Numbered from the stretch's first letter, positions 29,525-40,258 are shown. The stretch is 64,000 bases of DNA from an uncultured Acidobacteriota bacterium (GCA_963809485.1 CAWEJX010000020.1:896001-960000), one strand, 5' to 3'. The notes: generated by a model from the letters alone, not told the origin. Translations and numbers: made by a program.

Positions 29525-30481
29525 CTATTTATTTCTGACCATATCTCCAATATTGAAATCCTGGCCGGACAAAACCCTGGCCATTGCGGAGTTGTCCTCA
29601 ACCTGGGTCACTTCAATCTCGCCGACAGGCGCCGTTACTTTGCGCAGCACATTGCCGGTGACCGGATCCTTGATTTCACGCGAGATCCTTTCAACCGACA
29701 GCTTCATTCCAACGGCAACTCCCACAGCCTTGCCGACATTGATGGTTATCTCGCCGCCGGATGCATCGGCTACCAGGCCATTGATAGACAGCGGAGTCGC
29801 CTCGATCCTTCCCGCCTGGCCGACCAGCTGGGCTACCAGATCGTTAACCGCGGATCGCGTGGCTTCTCCCAGTATGGTTTCCTGGAAGTTGCTGCTGCCC
29901 ATATCAATGCCGCCGGCGCCATATCCACCGCCACCGCCACCTCCTCCTCCGAGCAGCATTCCGGACCGCTTGGAAATTCCCTTGCCTGTCGCCGTGGCCA
30001 CGATTTCGCCGGTATTAACATCGACAATCCTGGCGTCGATCGCTACCGATGCCTTGCCTTCTTTGGTTCCCACTCTGCCTGCTCCCCATCCGCCCCATCG
30101 TCCGGCTATTCCCCCCAAATTCAAGGATTTATCCTCCGTGCCAAACTGGGTTACCGACCCAACTACCATGGCATTGATTCCTAGCACCTTGCCGAACTTT
30201 GCGGCGCTGGCCGGATTCGCGCGGTCTGAATTTGAAAAATTCTGCTCCGTCAGAATGGTGTCCAAATTCTTCCGCTCAATTACTGAATAGGTTCCGTCTT
30301 TCACAAGTTCTGTCACAATCATGTCGGCGATTCCTTTGCCGATATCCCAGTTGCCCGACCACCATCTCTGCACGGTGCCGAACTCAAAATCCATGAGCGC
30401 TACCCGCTTCCTGGATTGGCCAAACAGGCTCATGCTTCCAGAAATAAGCATGATCAGAAACCAGCCGAGTAATCGCTTCAT
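29525..30481 (-). CDS. CsgG/HfaB family protein with FlgT-like C-terminal domain
   Basis: RVALMDF, YSVIERKNLD.ILTEQ, GSVTQFG, DARIVDVNTGEI, IKDPVTGNVL. Confidence 0.85.
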   Translation of the reverse strand: MKRLLGWFLIMLISGSMSLFGQSRKRVALMDFEFGTVQRWWSGNWDIGKGIADMIVTELVKDGTYSVIERKNLDTILTEQNFSNSDRANPASAAKFGKVLGINAMVVGSVTQFGTEDKSLNLGGIAGRWGGWGAGRVGTKEGKASVAIDARIVDVNTGEIVATATGKGISKRSGMLLGGGGGGGGGYGAGGIDMGSSNFQETILGEATRSAVNDLVAQLVGQAGRIEATPLSINGLVADASGGEITINVGKAVGVAVGMKLSVERISREIKDPVTGNVLRKVTAPVGEIEVTQVEDNSAMARVLSGQDFNIGDMVRNK

Positions 30482-30679
30482 ATTTCCTCCCTGAAAATCC
30501 TTTAACCGAAAACACTTCTTCAGTCAGGTTTTTCCACGAAATACTTCTCTAGAGGAAATGTATGATTTGAAACTGAAAAAGACAATCATATGAGCCCGAT
30601 CAAATGGCAGATTGAGGAGTTTTGGATCGCTACTCCCTGGAATCCAATCTTTGTGGATTACGCAGGAAAGTATATTCGC

Positions 30680-31411
30680 TTAATGGGATGGATTTGCCTG
30701 CAGCAGGAAACTCAGGTCTTCGCCTGCGGGAATTTCACGGGGTCCGCAGCCGTATTTGAACAAACGGAGGCTGCGGATACCTTTCATGAACATATTCGCG
30801 CCCTCCACGAAAAGCATGCAACCTTCGCGCAAGCCCAAAACAGTTGCATTCTGATTGACTGTAATGAATTCCCTGATCCTTTCTTCGCGTGTCTCCCCCC
30901 CATGCCCTTCAGGATTGGCATCCAGATAATGCGGATTGATCTGAAAAGGCACAAGGTTGAACGCGTGAAATCCCGACGGGTCGACAATGGGCATGTCGTT
31001 GGTAGTCATGATGGTCGAACATGCCACATTGGCCCCGGCGCTCCAGCCGACATACTTTGTTCCGCCCAGAACCTTCTTGCGAATGGGCCCGATCAGTCCG
31101 AAATCATGGATATGGCGGAGCAGGTTCCAGGTGTTGCCGCCTCCCACAACGATGGCTTCCGCTTCATTCACAGCTTCTGCGGGATCCTGAAATCTATGAA
31201 TCGAGAGGACATCATGCCCTATCTCGTTGAAGCGGGCTTTAACCATCGATTCATAGTCGTCCCATGCAATCGTTACCGCCGCATAGGGCAGGAACAAGGC
31301 GGTCACGGGCCTGCTTCCCAGGAAATCCCGGATGTCATATTTGGGATAATCCAGATAGGCTTCGCCGGCCATGGTAGAATTGCTGAGCAGCAACAATCGC
31401 ATTATTGACAT
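30680..31411 (-). CDS. pepE: Dipeptidase E (peptidase S51)
   Basis: LLLLSNST, VGGGNT, GWSAGANV, TTNDMP, INPHY, HGGETRE. Confidence 0.95.
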   Translation of the reverse strand: MSIMRLLLLSNSTMAGEAYLDYPKYDIRDFLGSRPVTALFLPYAAVTIAWDDYESMVKARFNEIGHDVLSIHRFQDPAEAVNEAEAIVVGGGNTWNLLRHIHDFGLIGPIRKKVLGGTKYVGWSAGANVACSTIMTTNDMPIVDPSGFHAFNLVPFQINPHYLDANPEGHGGETREERIREFITVNQNATVLGLREGCMLFVEGANMFMKGIRSLRLFKYGCGPREIPAGEDLSFLLQANPSH

Positions 31412-31555
31412 ATTTTTTTATTCCGTCGCTGGATTATGAGGATATAAAACATACGCTCTATTATGCCCAAATTGGAAGCAGAAGGACATGTCGGCTTTGG
31501 CTTTTGTAAAATGAGGAACCTGATCCGATATATCGCCCTCTTTCCGGAGGCTGTC

Positions 31556-33265
31556 ATGAAAAAGCTTCGCATGCTGTTGGTATTGCCCGTTGTCGTGGTC
31601 TTGTTTGGCTGCAGCCGTTCGGACAGCCAGCGTCCGGCCTCACAGAAAATCCTTGAGGTTGTTCCCGATATCCAGGGAAGGCTGGCCAAGCTGCCGGAAA
31701 CCGTAATCGATTACGACCGGAATCTATTGAACGCGCAGGAGCAAAAGGTTGTTTCCGTGCTCATCGATGCATCGCGTTACATGGACCAGATCTTCTCGCT
31801 TCAGGTTTCCCGGGACAATCCCTCCCTGCGCCAAGAGCTGTCAGCCCTGGCGGAAAAATCGCCCGACCATCGCCTGGGGCTGCGCTATTTCGACCTGATG
31901 ATGGGGCGCTGGGACCGTTTGCTGGATGACGAACCCTTCATCTCGCCCTTCGGGTCCGGCGGGGCCAAACCGCCGGGGGCCGGCTTCTACCCTTCGGACA
32001 TGACCCGGGAAGAGTTTGAAAAGTGGATAGCAGCACACCCGGAAGACCAGGAAAATTTCCAGAACCTGTATACCGTCATACGGCGCACGGAAGGCAAACT
32101 CACCGCCGTGCCGTATTCTGAGGAATACCGGGCGACACTCGAATCCGCGGCCGGAAAGCTCCGCGAAGCGGCTGACCTCGCAGCCAATGCCTCGCTGAAA
32201 TCCTTTCTCCTCCAACGCGCCAACGCTTTCCTGTCCAACAACTACCACGACAGCGACGTCGCCTGGGTGGAGATGGACTCCCCCGTTGAGGTCGTGATCG
32301 GGCCCTATGAAGTCTACGAAGACGGAATCTTCAACGCGAAGGCAAGCTTCGAAGCATTCATCACGGCAGTCGACCGCCCGGAAAGCGAGAAACTGAAGGT
32401 TTACATCCGTCATCTCCCTGCCATGGAAAAGTCTCTTCCGATCCCGGAGGAACACAAAAATCTCAAGCGGGGAACCGGATCGACCATAAAAGTGGTCCAG
32501 GAGATCTTCACGGCCGGAGATGCCCGGCGCGGAGTCCAGACATCGGCCTTCAATCTTCCCAACGATGAGATGATACGACAGTCCAAAGGCTCCAAGAACA
32601 TCCTGCTCAAAAATGTGATGCAGGCCAAATTCCGGCAGTCGGGAGAGCCGATTGCCCGGCGAGTGCTGGATCCGTCGCAGGATGCCCTTTTGTCCTTCGA
32701 CGCCTATTTCAACCATACCCTGTTCCACGAGCTTTCGCATGCGCTGGGGCCGGGCATTATCAAGGGACCGGACGGCAAGATGCAGGAAAACCGCATCTAC
32801 CTCAAAGCCCTCTATTCCACCATCGAGGAGTGCAAGGCGGACGTGGTCGGCATCTGGACGCTGCTCCATGCCATGGATCAGAAGCTCATCACAACCTTCG
32901 ATGCCCCCAGGCTTTTTGTCACGGATGCGGCGCTGCTGTTCCGCAGCATGCGGTTTGGCATCGGGGAAGCGCACGGCGGCGGAGCCGCATTGCAGTGGAA
33001 CTGGTACAGGGAGAAACTCGCGATCGTGCCTTCAGCCGACGGGCGGTTCAGGATCGACGTGCCGAAATACCGGGAGGCGGCCCGAAATCTGGCAGAAGAA
33101 TTGCTAATGATTGAGGCGACCGGTGATTACGACCGGGCAGAGCGTCTGCTGAAACAATACTCGGTGTCGACGCCGGAAATCGAGGATGTAATTCCAAAGC
33201 TTCAGGATATTCCGGTAGACATCACTCCCGTCTTTGCAGCCGCCGGCGAGAAGAAAATGCAATAG
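31556..33265 (+). CDS. Peptidase M49 (dipeptidyl peptidase III-like) lipoprotein
   Basis: Lipobox LFGC; IGPYEVYED, AFNLPND, HELSH, EECKADV. Confidence 0.88.
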   Translation: MKKLRMLLVLPVVVVLFGCSRSDSQRPASQKILEVVPDIQGRLAKLPETVIDYDRNLLNAQEQKVVSVLIDASRYMDQIFSLQVSRDNPSLRQELSALAEKSPDHRLGLRYFDLMMGRWDRLLDDEPFISPFGSGGAKPPGAGFYPSDMTREEFEKWIAAHPEDQENFQNLYTVIRRTEGKLTAVPYSEEYRATLESAAGKLREAADLAANASLKSFLLQRANAFLSNNYHDSDVAWVEMDSPVEVVIGPYEVYEDGIFNAKASFEAFITAVDRPESEKLKVYIRHLPAMEKSLPIPEEHKNLKRGTGSTIKVVQEIFTAGDARRGVQTSAFNLPNDEMIRQSKGSKNILLKNVMQAKFRQSGEPIARRVLDPSQDALLSFDAYFNHTLFHELSHALGPGIIKGPDGKMQENRIYLKALYSTIEECKADVVGIWTLLHAMDQKLITTFDAPRLFVTDAALLFRSMRFGIGEAHGGGAALQWNWYREKLAIVPSADGRFRIDVPKYREAARNLAEELLMIEATGDYDRAERLLKQYSVSTPEIEDVIPKLQDIPVDITPVFAAAGEKKMQ

Positions 33266-33434
33266 TACGGACTTGCAGGTTCCCTGCTGCGCGGGATTCG
33301 TTGAAATGCTTTGACAAAAAGCACCTATTCTTCAAATAGGTCAGAGAATCAGCGCCTTTTTCAGCGGGCGGATTGCGCGCCACCCAAAATATTGCTTGAC
33401 GCCGAATGGGAGAGAGAAATATGATCCTTCCTCA

Positions 33435-33461
33435 GTGTTACGATTTCCATATTCGTGTTAC
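33435..33461. promoter_or_regulatory. Candidate metalloregulator (NikR-like) site GTGTTAC-N13-GTGTTAC
   Basis: Exact 7-bp direct repeat with 13-bp spacer just downstream of a ttgacg...tatgat promoter-like pair, at the head of the 33.4-38.4 kb operon. Confidence 0.5.
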
Positions 33462-34447
33462 AAAACAAGCGAATCGTGGAGGATATTTTGGAGGTATTGG
33501 CGGTATTCAAGGATTCGCTTGTGTCGACCGGAAGGTTCCTGCTGACTGTCATCCCGCTTTTTGCACTGGGGGTGATCCTGGCTCAGCTCTTCATTGAACT
33601 CCGCTGGCTCGACAAATTGTCCTGGCTTGCGCGTCCCTTGACGAAGCTCGGCCATCTGCACCCGGAATGCGCCGGAAGTTTTGCCGTCGCCGTCATCTCC
33701 CCCACGGCTGGACATTCGATGCTCGCGCGCTATCACAGTGAACAGCGCATAAGCCGGCCGGAACTGATCATCTCGGCGATTATGAACGCCCTTCCCGGCT
33801 ACATCGCACAGGGGCGCAGTGTCCTGCCCGTGACCCTGCCGCTGATCGGCATCTTCGGGCTGGCGTACTATGGCCTGGTTCTGCTTGCCGATCTGGTCAA
33901 ATCGTTAATTCTCCTGGCCGTCGGCCGGGTGATCCTTCCACATCCGGGAGCGGGGGTGACGTCCCTCCCCTCAGTCCCCGCACCAGAACGTCCAGGCGCC
34001 CGCGCAGCGCTTTCCAGCGCGCTGCGTGGTTCCGGGAAGATCGTCCCCAAAACTCTGAAAACACTGGTCCCGCTGACCCTGGCGGCCTTCTTTTTGATCG
34101 AGTCCGGAGTATTTGACTACGCTGCCAGGCACCTCGGTGTGGTAGCGCGCTATTTCCCCGTGCATCAGGCATCGCTGCCTATCATCGCCGCCCGCCTGGT
34201 CAGCCCGGTGGGCGCATACACAATGGCCGGAGGGCTGCTTTCCAAAGGGATGCTGGGAGGCAAAGATGTTGTCGCTGCGCTGCTGGTAGGCACGCTCCTG
34301 GCCACCATACCCAATATCAGGTACCTGGTCCCATACTATTTCGGAATCTTCGGGGCAACCATCGGGACTCAGCTCGTCATCGTTTCCACTCTGATGCGTG
34401 TCCTGGTTTTTACCGTAATCGTCGGTGTAGTAGCCCTGCTGCATTGA
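33455..34447 (+). CDS. Nucleoside-recognition (Gate) domain membrane protein
   Basis: Multiple TM segments, two-repeat layout, ARPLTKLGHL, PYYFGIFG; true start probably a few codons downstream. Confidence 0.7.
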   Translation: MLQNKRIVEDILEVLAVFKDSLVSTGRFLLTVIPLFALGVILAQLFIELRWLDKLSWLARPLTKLGHLHPECAGSFAVAVISPTAGHSMLARYHSEQRISRPELIISAIMNALPGYIAQGRSVLPVTLPLIGIFGLAYYGLVLLADLVKSLILLAVGRVILPHPGAGVTSLPSVPAPERPGARAALSSALRGSGKIVPKTLKTLVPLTLAAFFLIESGVFDYAARHLGVVARYFPVHQASLPIIAARLVSPVGAYTMAGGLLSKGMLGGKDVVAALLVGTLLATIPNIRYLVPYYFGIFGATIGTQLVIVSTLMRVLVFTVIVGVVALLH

Positions 34448-34500
34448 GCAGGCCTGCCTAAGAGCAGGGGAAAATTTGGATAACGAGAGGAAGGCTTCGG

Positions 34501-35073
34501 ATGTTGAACTGGGACCTGGCAAAAGAGGATCCCTATTACCGCGCGCGCCGGCTTGAGGAAGGGGCACGCAAGGCAGATACGGCCGAAGCCTGGCAGGAAT
34601 TCGCCGTCCTTAAAGCCGGCAAGGGCAGCTACGTACTCGCGGCCTATGGGTTTTTCAACAGCGCCCTTGTTTGTGAACAGGCGGGCGATGCGGAGCAGGC
34701 CATTGGCTTTTACGGGCAGGCATTTCAAAACGCCCGCCGCGCACGCAGCATGGAACTCGCTTTAATGATTGCCTACCGCCACGCCCTTCTCGCCGAAAAA
34801 ACCGGGAAATGGCAAGCATGCATCGGCGCCTACGAGGCGATGGGGGCGCTTGCGGAAGAACTGGGGAACCACTTTATTGCCGCGGATGCCTACGAACACG
34901 CAGCCGAAATAAAGGCCAAAATCGGAGAATCACTGGCCGGATACGCGAAGCCGGTCGAGCAATGGGAGAAGAATGCCGCTTACTGGCGCGAGCGGGGCCA
35001 CGAGGACGACGCCTCCTGGAGCGAACGCCACATCATGCTTTACAGAATCCTTTTCGGGACGCAGAAGGAATGA
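34501..35073 (+). CDS. All-helical TPR/SNAP-like protein
   Basis: Repeats such as AYGFFNSA..CEQAG, AADAYEHAA; stop overlaps the next ATG. Confidence 0.65.
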   Translation: MLNWDLAKEDPYYRARRLEEGARKADTAEAWQEFAVLKAGKGSYVLAAYGFFNSALVCEQAGDAEQAIGFYGQAFQNARRARSMELALMIAYRHALLAEKTGKWQACIGAYEAMGALAEELGNHFIAADAYEHAAEIKAKIGESLAGYAKPVEQWEKNAAYWRERGHEDDASWSERHIMLYRILFGTQKE

Positions 35074-36134
35074 TCGGGATACTTTTTCACGGGCCTGAAG
35101 TTTTTGATTCAGGCTGGGCACAGAAGATCGTCGAGGTTCTCGCCGCGACGGCCCCGCTGCGCTGTCTCCTGGCAGGCACCATGGGCCGGACAGCGGCAAT
35201 CGACAGCGGCCTGGCGGGCATCGAATGCCCCGGCACCCAGCCAAGCCAGATCCTGCGGGAAATTCAGAACGAAGTGGACCAGGTCGTATTTGCTAATTAC
35301 GGCAAGTCGCCGTCCTCGGGGCTCCTGCACGGGACGTTGATTGCCTCGAAGGCTGATATCGGCATTCCTCTCCTGCAGATCGAATGCTCTGCCGGCCTGC
35401 TTGTAGAGCTCAATTCCTTCAGATGCCCCGAACTGATCAGGGTTTTGGAACGACGGCTGGGGCTTCGGAAACACTGCCGTGTCGCAAACACAGATTCCAT
35501 CTGGGAAGAGAACGGCAGGACCTGCCGCAGACTCACAACTTCAGCTGCCGGCGACTTCGTCCTTGTGGATGGAATCGTAATCGGAAGAGCGACGGGCGAG
35601 GAAATTGTCATCGAGTGCCTGGGGCGACGAATCGCCGGAGCGCGCGGATTAAGCATCAAGAAGCACGGCCTGGAGAAGCTTGACCGCCTCGGCGGCATTG
35701 ATCTGAAATCGGTCAAACTGGCGACCACGCGCACCCTGCGTCGATCGGAGCACACTCCCCGGGTCGCAAAACGTGAGGGCAAGGGGATGGCATTCGTGGA
35801 TCACGCGGCGGCGCGCATCTTTGAACGGGTGCGCGGTGCGGAAGGCGCCGTAACCGTCGGGGACGACACGACTGCCATAGTCGGCGACATCCTCTATCGG
35901 TTTCAGATGCCGGTGATCGGCATCACCGACGGAGACGGGGACATGATTCTCGAGAATGCGAGGATCACACCCGGATCCGTAGTCTTTACCGTGCGCCAGG
36001 ATGACGCTTTCGGCCTCACTGTTTTCTCCGAAGTTTTCCAGAATCACGGCCTCATAGAAAGGCCGTTTAAAGCGGTCCGGGAACATATATCCGCGCTGGT
36101 GCGGGATGAGCTTGTGCGCGTTCAGGAATTCTGA
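35070..36134 (+). CDS. DUF2117-like protein
   Basis: MIGILFHGPEVFDSG, GTMGRTAAID, VDGIVIG, VDHAA, TVGDDTT, PVIGITDGD, as recalled for the mainly archaeal DUF2117 family. Confidence 0.75.
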   Translation: MIGILFHGPEVFDSGWAQKIVEVLAATAPLRCLLAGTMGRTAAIDSGLAGIECPGTQPSQILREIQNEVDQVVFANYGKSPSSGLLHGTLIASKADIGIPLLQIECSAGLLVELNSFRCPELIRVLERRLGLRKHCRVANTDSIWEENGRTCRRLTTSAAGDFVLVDGIVIGRATGEEIVIECLGRRIAGARGLSIKKHGLEKLDRLGGIDLKSVKLATTRTLRRSEHTPRVAKREGKGMAFVDHAAARIFERVRGAEGAVTVGDDTTAIVGDILYRFQMPVIGITDGDGDMILENARITPGSVVFTVRQDDAFGLTVFSEVFQNHGLIERPFKAVREHISALVRDELVRVQEF

Positions 36135-36149
36135 GCACATGTAAGGGAA

Positions 36150-38447
36150 ATGGAAATGAGACAGTCAGCAGAATGGCGCGTTTTCAGCGGTTCCCGCCGC
36201 CTCAATGGAGCGGCGAGCCTGTTGCTCAGCCTCGGCCTTACCGGATTCTTCTCCAGTTTCGCGACAGATTCAACCGCTCAGGAGGAATCCAGGGCTCCTG
36301 TACAAAGCCAGCTCAATGAAGTGGTCGTCGTTACCGCCACGCGCTCCGACAAAAAACTTGAGGAATCGCCCGGCAGCACGTCTGTGATCGAAATGGGCGA
36401 CATTGCCAACCGCAGTGTGAAAACAATTGACCAGGCCATCAACACGGTACCCGGCGTTTTCAACCGCCGGGGCAAGGGCCTGATGGACACTCAGTCCACC
36501 ATCACTCTGCGAGGTTTTCCCAGCCAGCAGAGAACGCTGATTTTGATGGATGGCGTACCCCTGAACGACAGCTACACCGGGGGCGTCCAGTTTGGAGGCC
36601 TGGCAACCGGGAATGTCGAAAGAATCGAGGTGGTCAGGGGGCCGTTCTCCAGCCTTTATGGCGGCAATGCAATGGGGGGTGTCGTCAACATTATCACAAG
36701 GATGCCTGAAGGCAGGCAGTTGATAATGAGCGGCGGCTTCGGCACCGGGCTCGGGAACCATCAGGCGATCAACGACTTGAGCCGGGGGTACTTTTCCTAC
36801 GGTGAAACATTCAAGGGTAAACTCGGCATCCTGATCAGCTACGGCTACAGCCGCGCCAACGGTTTTGCCAACGACCTGAACGCTCAAAGCAGCCAGCCGC
36901 CGGCTGGAATTACCGGCTACGGCGAAACCACGGACACACAGGGGAACAAGCGTTTTGTTTTGGGAGACAGGGGCGACAACACCTGGGAGGATCATGACTT
37001 CGGCCTCAAAGCGAGCTACCGGGTTTCGGACGCCACGCAGTTCGGATTCTCGCTTGTCACAACCGGCTACAAGTACGGAACCGATGAACCGCACAGCTAT
37101 CTTCGCGACGCCTCCGGTAATCCCGTGTATTCTTTCACATCGGGCAAGACAACCGTCCGTGAGTCCTCATTTCTGAGCGGATCCGGCAATAAAAGACAGG
37201 ACATTTACAGCCTGTTCTACGAAACGAAGATCGGCCGGGCCCGGGTAAGATCCAGCGTGAGTTATTTGAACGTCAACCACAACTGGTACACAACGCCGGG
37301 ATCCACGGACGCCACAACCATAAGCGGCGGACCGGGCACGGTAGCCGAAACTCCTGTCGACAAGACCACCGGCAGCATTCAATTCACGTTTACGATACTT
37401 GACCGCCACTTCCTTACTGCGGGAACGGACCTGACGGGCAGTTCCGCTCAAACCCGGGAGTACGGGCTGACAAACTGGCGCGATGAAGGCTCACGATCGT
37501 CTATGACCTATAACGCCCGCGGGAAATCTCTGACAAACGGTTTTTACCTGCAGGATGAGATTCTTCTCCGGCATGACCTGACGGCCTATCTTGGCGTGCG
37601 CGGAGATTACTGGCGGACCTATGACGGCTACGCCAACCAGGCGGACACGGCAGGATACCCGGCCCATTATGCTGAAAGGGATGCCTTCAGCCTCAGCCCC
37701 AAAGCCGCCGTTGTTTACCGTCTATCCCATGGAACAACGCTGAGAAGCTCGATCGGAAGGGCCTTCCGCCCCCCGACAGTCTATGAGTTATACAGGACAT
37801 GGTCCTACTCATCCGGGACCGTTTACCGGGGGAATCCTGATCTGGCACCCGAAACCGCTATCTCGTGGGATGCAGCCATCGATCAGGACCTGTGGAGAGG
37901 AGCCCGATTTTCAGGGGCGTATTTCGAGAATCGAATGTCCAATCTGATTTACCGCCGAACCGACCCGGCAAATTCCAAAATCAACGAATATGTCAATGCA
38001 GGCAGGGCAAAGGGCAGGGGGATCGAACTGGAGTTGAGCCAGTGGTTTACTCCGGAGTTGAAATTATTCGCCAACGGCACATTCAACAGCGCCAAAGTGA
38101 CCGAGAATACCTCGAAACCGTCAACTGAAGGTAAGTTCCTCACCTATCTTCCGCGATGGACCGGAAATGGCGGCGCCGAATTTGAACGAGGCCGATTGAC
38201 GGCGACGCTTGTGGGCAGGTATGTATCCAAACTCTACACGCACGATGAAAATAAAGATCTCGTCACCAATGTGCCCGGATCCTATGATCCCTATTTTAGT
38301 GCCGACGCCAAAATGATTTTCCGGATCAGCCGCCTGCTGGCCTTCTCGATTTCCATCGAAAACATCCTTGACCGGGACTATTTTTATTCCTACCTGGCTC
38401 CGGGACGTTCGTTCTTTGCCGAGATACTGGTGAACTGGATAGACTAG
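36150..38447 (+). CDS. TonB-dependent receptor
   Basis: EVVVVTATR, plug RIEVVRGPFSSLYGGNAMGGVVNIIT, GNPDLAPE, ENILDRDY. Confidence 0.95.
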   Translation: MEMRQSAEWRVFSGSRRLNGAASLLLSLGLTGFFSSFATDSTAQEESRAPVQSQLNEVVVVTATRSDKKLEESPGSTSVIEMGDIANRSVKTIDQAINTVPGVFNRRGKGLMDTQSTITLRGFPSQQRTLILMDGVPLNDSYTGGVQFGGLATGNVERIEVVRGPFSSLYGGNAMGGVVNIITRMPEGRQLIMSGGFGTGLGNHQAINDLSRGYFSYGETFKGKLGILISYGYSRANGFANDLNAQSSQPPAGITGYGETTDTQGNKRFVLGDRGDNTWEDHDFGLKASYRVSDATQFGFSLVTTGYKYGTDEPHSYLRDASGNPVYSFTSGKTTVRESSFLSGSGNKRQDIYSLFYETKIGRARVRSSVSYLNVNHNWYTTPGSTDATTISGGPGTVAETPVDKTTGSIQFTFTILDRHFLTAGTDLTGSSAQTREYGLTNWRDEGSRSSMTYNARGKSLTNGFYLQDEILLRHDLTAYLGVRGDYWRTYDGYANQADTAGYPAHYAERDAFSLSPKAAVVYRLSHGTTLRSSIGRAFRPPTVYELYRTWSYSSGTVYRGNPDLAPETAISWDAAIDQDLWRGARFSGAYFENRMSNLIYRRTDPANSKINEYVNAGRAKGRGIELELSQWFTPELKLFANGTFNSAKVTENTSKPSTEGKFLTYLPRWTGNGGAEFERGRLTATLVGRYVSKLYTHDENKDLVTNVPGSYDPYFSADAKMIFRISRLLAFSISIENILDRDYFYSYLAPGRSFFAEILVNWID

Positions 38448-38654
38448 CCTGTCCGGATCGCCCACCATTTGAAGCCTGAAGACACATTCAGCAACCTCCG
38501 GTAAATCAGGAAGCTTGAAGGCAGACCGCCGGCAGTTGTCGTTCATCAGCGGTTTGGCCGGCGAATGCCGACGTTATCTGACTCCGGAGATCTCCAACTT
38601 CAAGCCATCCAACAAAACTTCGCGATTAGGTGCATGTTCAAGGCAACCGAAGGG

Positions 38655-38700
38655 TGTAATTTTCATTGTCTTATCGTAATAATTTGTTATTAATAGTTGC
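38655..38700 (+). promoter_or_regulatory. Shared promoter/operator motif, copy A
   Basis: 38 of 44 bases match 40170-40213; ttgtc at -35-like position with GT(A/T)AT units at 10-bp spacing. Confidence 0.7.
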
Positions 38701-38787
38701 CTTTGCGCCTGGAATCATGGATTCCGGCGATGGATTAATCTATTACTAGGGATTCGCCGAAGATTCGAGTCCTGATTGGAGTCTGCC

Positions 38788-39987
38788 ATGCGTAAGACTT
38801 TTGTTTTGGCCGCGATTCTGATTGCAGTGACGGCCATTTGCTGGCTGATTGCGGCAGCTTCTCCGCAGGAAGAAGTCAAATCCAGGGCTTATGTCGGCCA
38901 CCAGAACGACCGGGATGTCCAGAACTTTGCCAGGCAATACCCGAAGGCTATTGGAACGCGGCTGGACGACTGTCAGACCTGCCACCGCAGCGGCGTGGCC
39001 GGGACCGATACGGCACGCGAATTCAGCCCGTGCGGTTATTGCCATTTACTTCAGTATTCCAATCCGCGGTACAAGACGGGGGTCCCCAAAAGCTTTGAGG
39101 ACACCCTCAATTCTTATGGGCTCGCTTACAAACAGGCGGGCAGGACACCCGAGGCAATAGCGTCGATCGGGAAGCTCGATTGCGACGGCGATACACACTC
39201 AAATTCCGAGGAAATTGGTGCGTTGCGATACCCCGGCGACAGTGCAAGCCGGCCGGGGCAGCCTTTGGCTCCGACCATAGTCCTAAGCTGGCAAGATATC
39301 CGGAAACTCCCCACGCACAAACAGTTTATGCTGATTAACACCAACTCCGAGCCGTTCGACGACTACGTGACCTATGCAGGGATCCGGGTCAGGGACCTGC
39401 TTGAAGCCGCGCATGTGGACCTGAGCGGCGCGGCCGGCATTACCGTATTTGCGCCCGATGGATATAGCACCGATTATGCCCTGAGCGATATAGGCGGGCC
39501 GTTTCCCAAAGGCTATTTTTATGCCGCGCCAGGCGCCATCAAGGATCCGGAGAAGGCTCTGGCTCGTTATCCGGACAAAATTCCGCCGGGAGTAGCAGAC
39601 GGTAAGGAGATTCCGGACACGCCATGGCTTCTGCTGGCCTTCGAGCGTGACGGCAAGCCCCTCGATACCTCTCACTATGAAAAAGGCACCGGGCGCCTCG
39701 CCGGAGAAGGGCCCTACCGGCTTGTTAAGCCAATGCGGGACCTGCTGGCAGGAGATCCTTCGAGACCGGGGCGGCCCGACAGATCCATAAAAGCGAAGGC
39801 CTTCGGAGACAGCTGGGATTTTGACAAGACAATCGATCACAATGCAGGGGCCTGCATTCGGGGCGCGACGGTCATTAGGGTCAACCCGATGCCTGCGGGA
39901 TTCGAGGAGTACGACTGGAAGAACGGGTGGCCCCTGATCGAAGGGAAGCAAATCGTGATTTTCGGCAGAGGAGTCACGAAGAGATAG
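38788..39987 (+). CDS. Exported diheme protein with sulfite-oxidase-like C-terminal domain (GEGP-motif diheme family)
   Basis: Signal peptide; CQTCH and CGYCH; DCDGD; GIRVRDLL, APDGY, LLAFERDG, GEGPYRLV. Confidence 0.8.
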   Translation: MRKTFVLAAILIAVTAICWLIAAASPQEEVKSRAYVGHQNDRDVQNFARQYPKAIGTRLDDCQTCHRSGVAGTDTAREFSPCGYCHLLQYSNPRYKTGVPKSFEDTLNSYGLAYKQAGRTPEAIASIGKLDCDGDTHSNSEEIGALRYPGDSASRPGQPLAPTIVLSWQDIRKLPTHKQFMLINTNSEPFDDYVTYAGIRVRDLLEAAHVDLSGAAGITVFAPDGYSTDYALSDIGGPFPKGYFYAAPGAIKDPEKALARYPDKIPPGVADGKEIPDTPWLLLAFERDGKPLDTSHYEKGTGRLAGEGPYRLVKPMRDLLAGDPSRPGRPDRSIKAKAFGDSWDFDKTIDHNAGACIRGATVIRVNPMPAGFEEYDWKNGWPLIEGKQIVIFGRGVTKR

Positions 39988-40169
39988 CCAATTCGCATTC
40001 TCCGCAGCCTTCCTGCCGACGCGGCTCGGATATGCATACACACTCTCGGTTGAAGGTTGCAGGTTGCAGGTTTCAAAAATCAGATGCGCGCCTCATCGAT
40101 AGATCCTTTGAATAAATCAGATTATGTTTCCCTGTCCTAATTTGTACAGCCGGAAGACAGCAGTTAAAC

Positions 40170-40215
40170 TGTAATATTCATTGACTTATTGTCATATTTT
40201 GTTATTAATTGTTAT
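40170..40215 (+). promoter_or_regulatory. Shared promoter/operator motif, copy B
   Basis: gtaat(40171) ttgac(40181) gtcat(40191) gttat(40201) gttat(40211). Confidence 0.7.
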
Positions 40216-40258
40216 TTTGTTCTCATGCGTTTGAGAAATAGATAAAGGAGAATTATCC

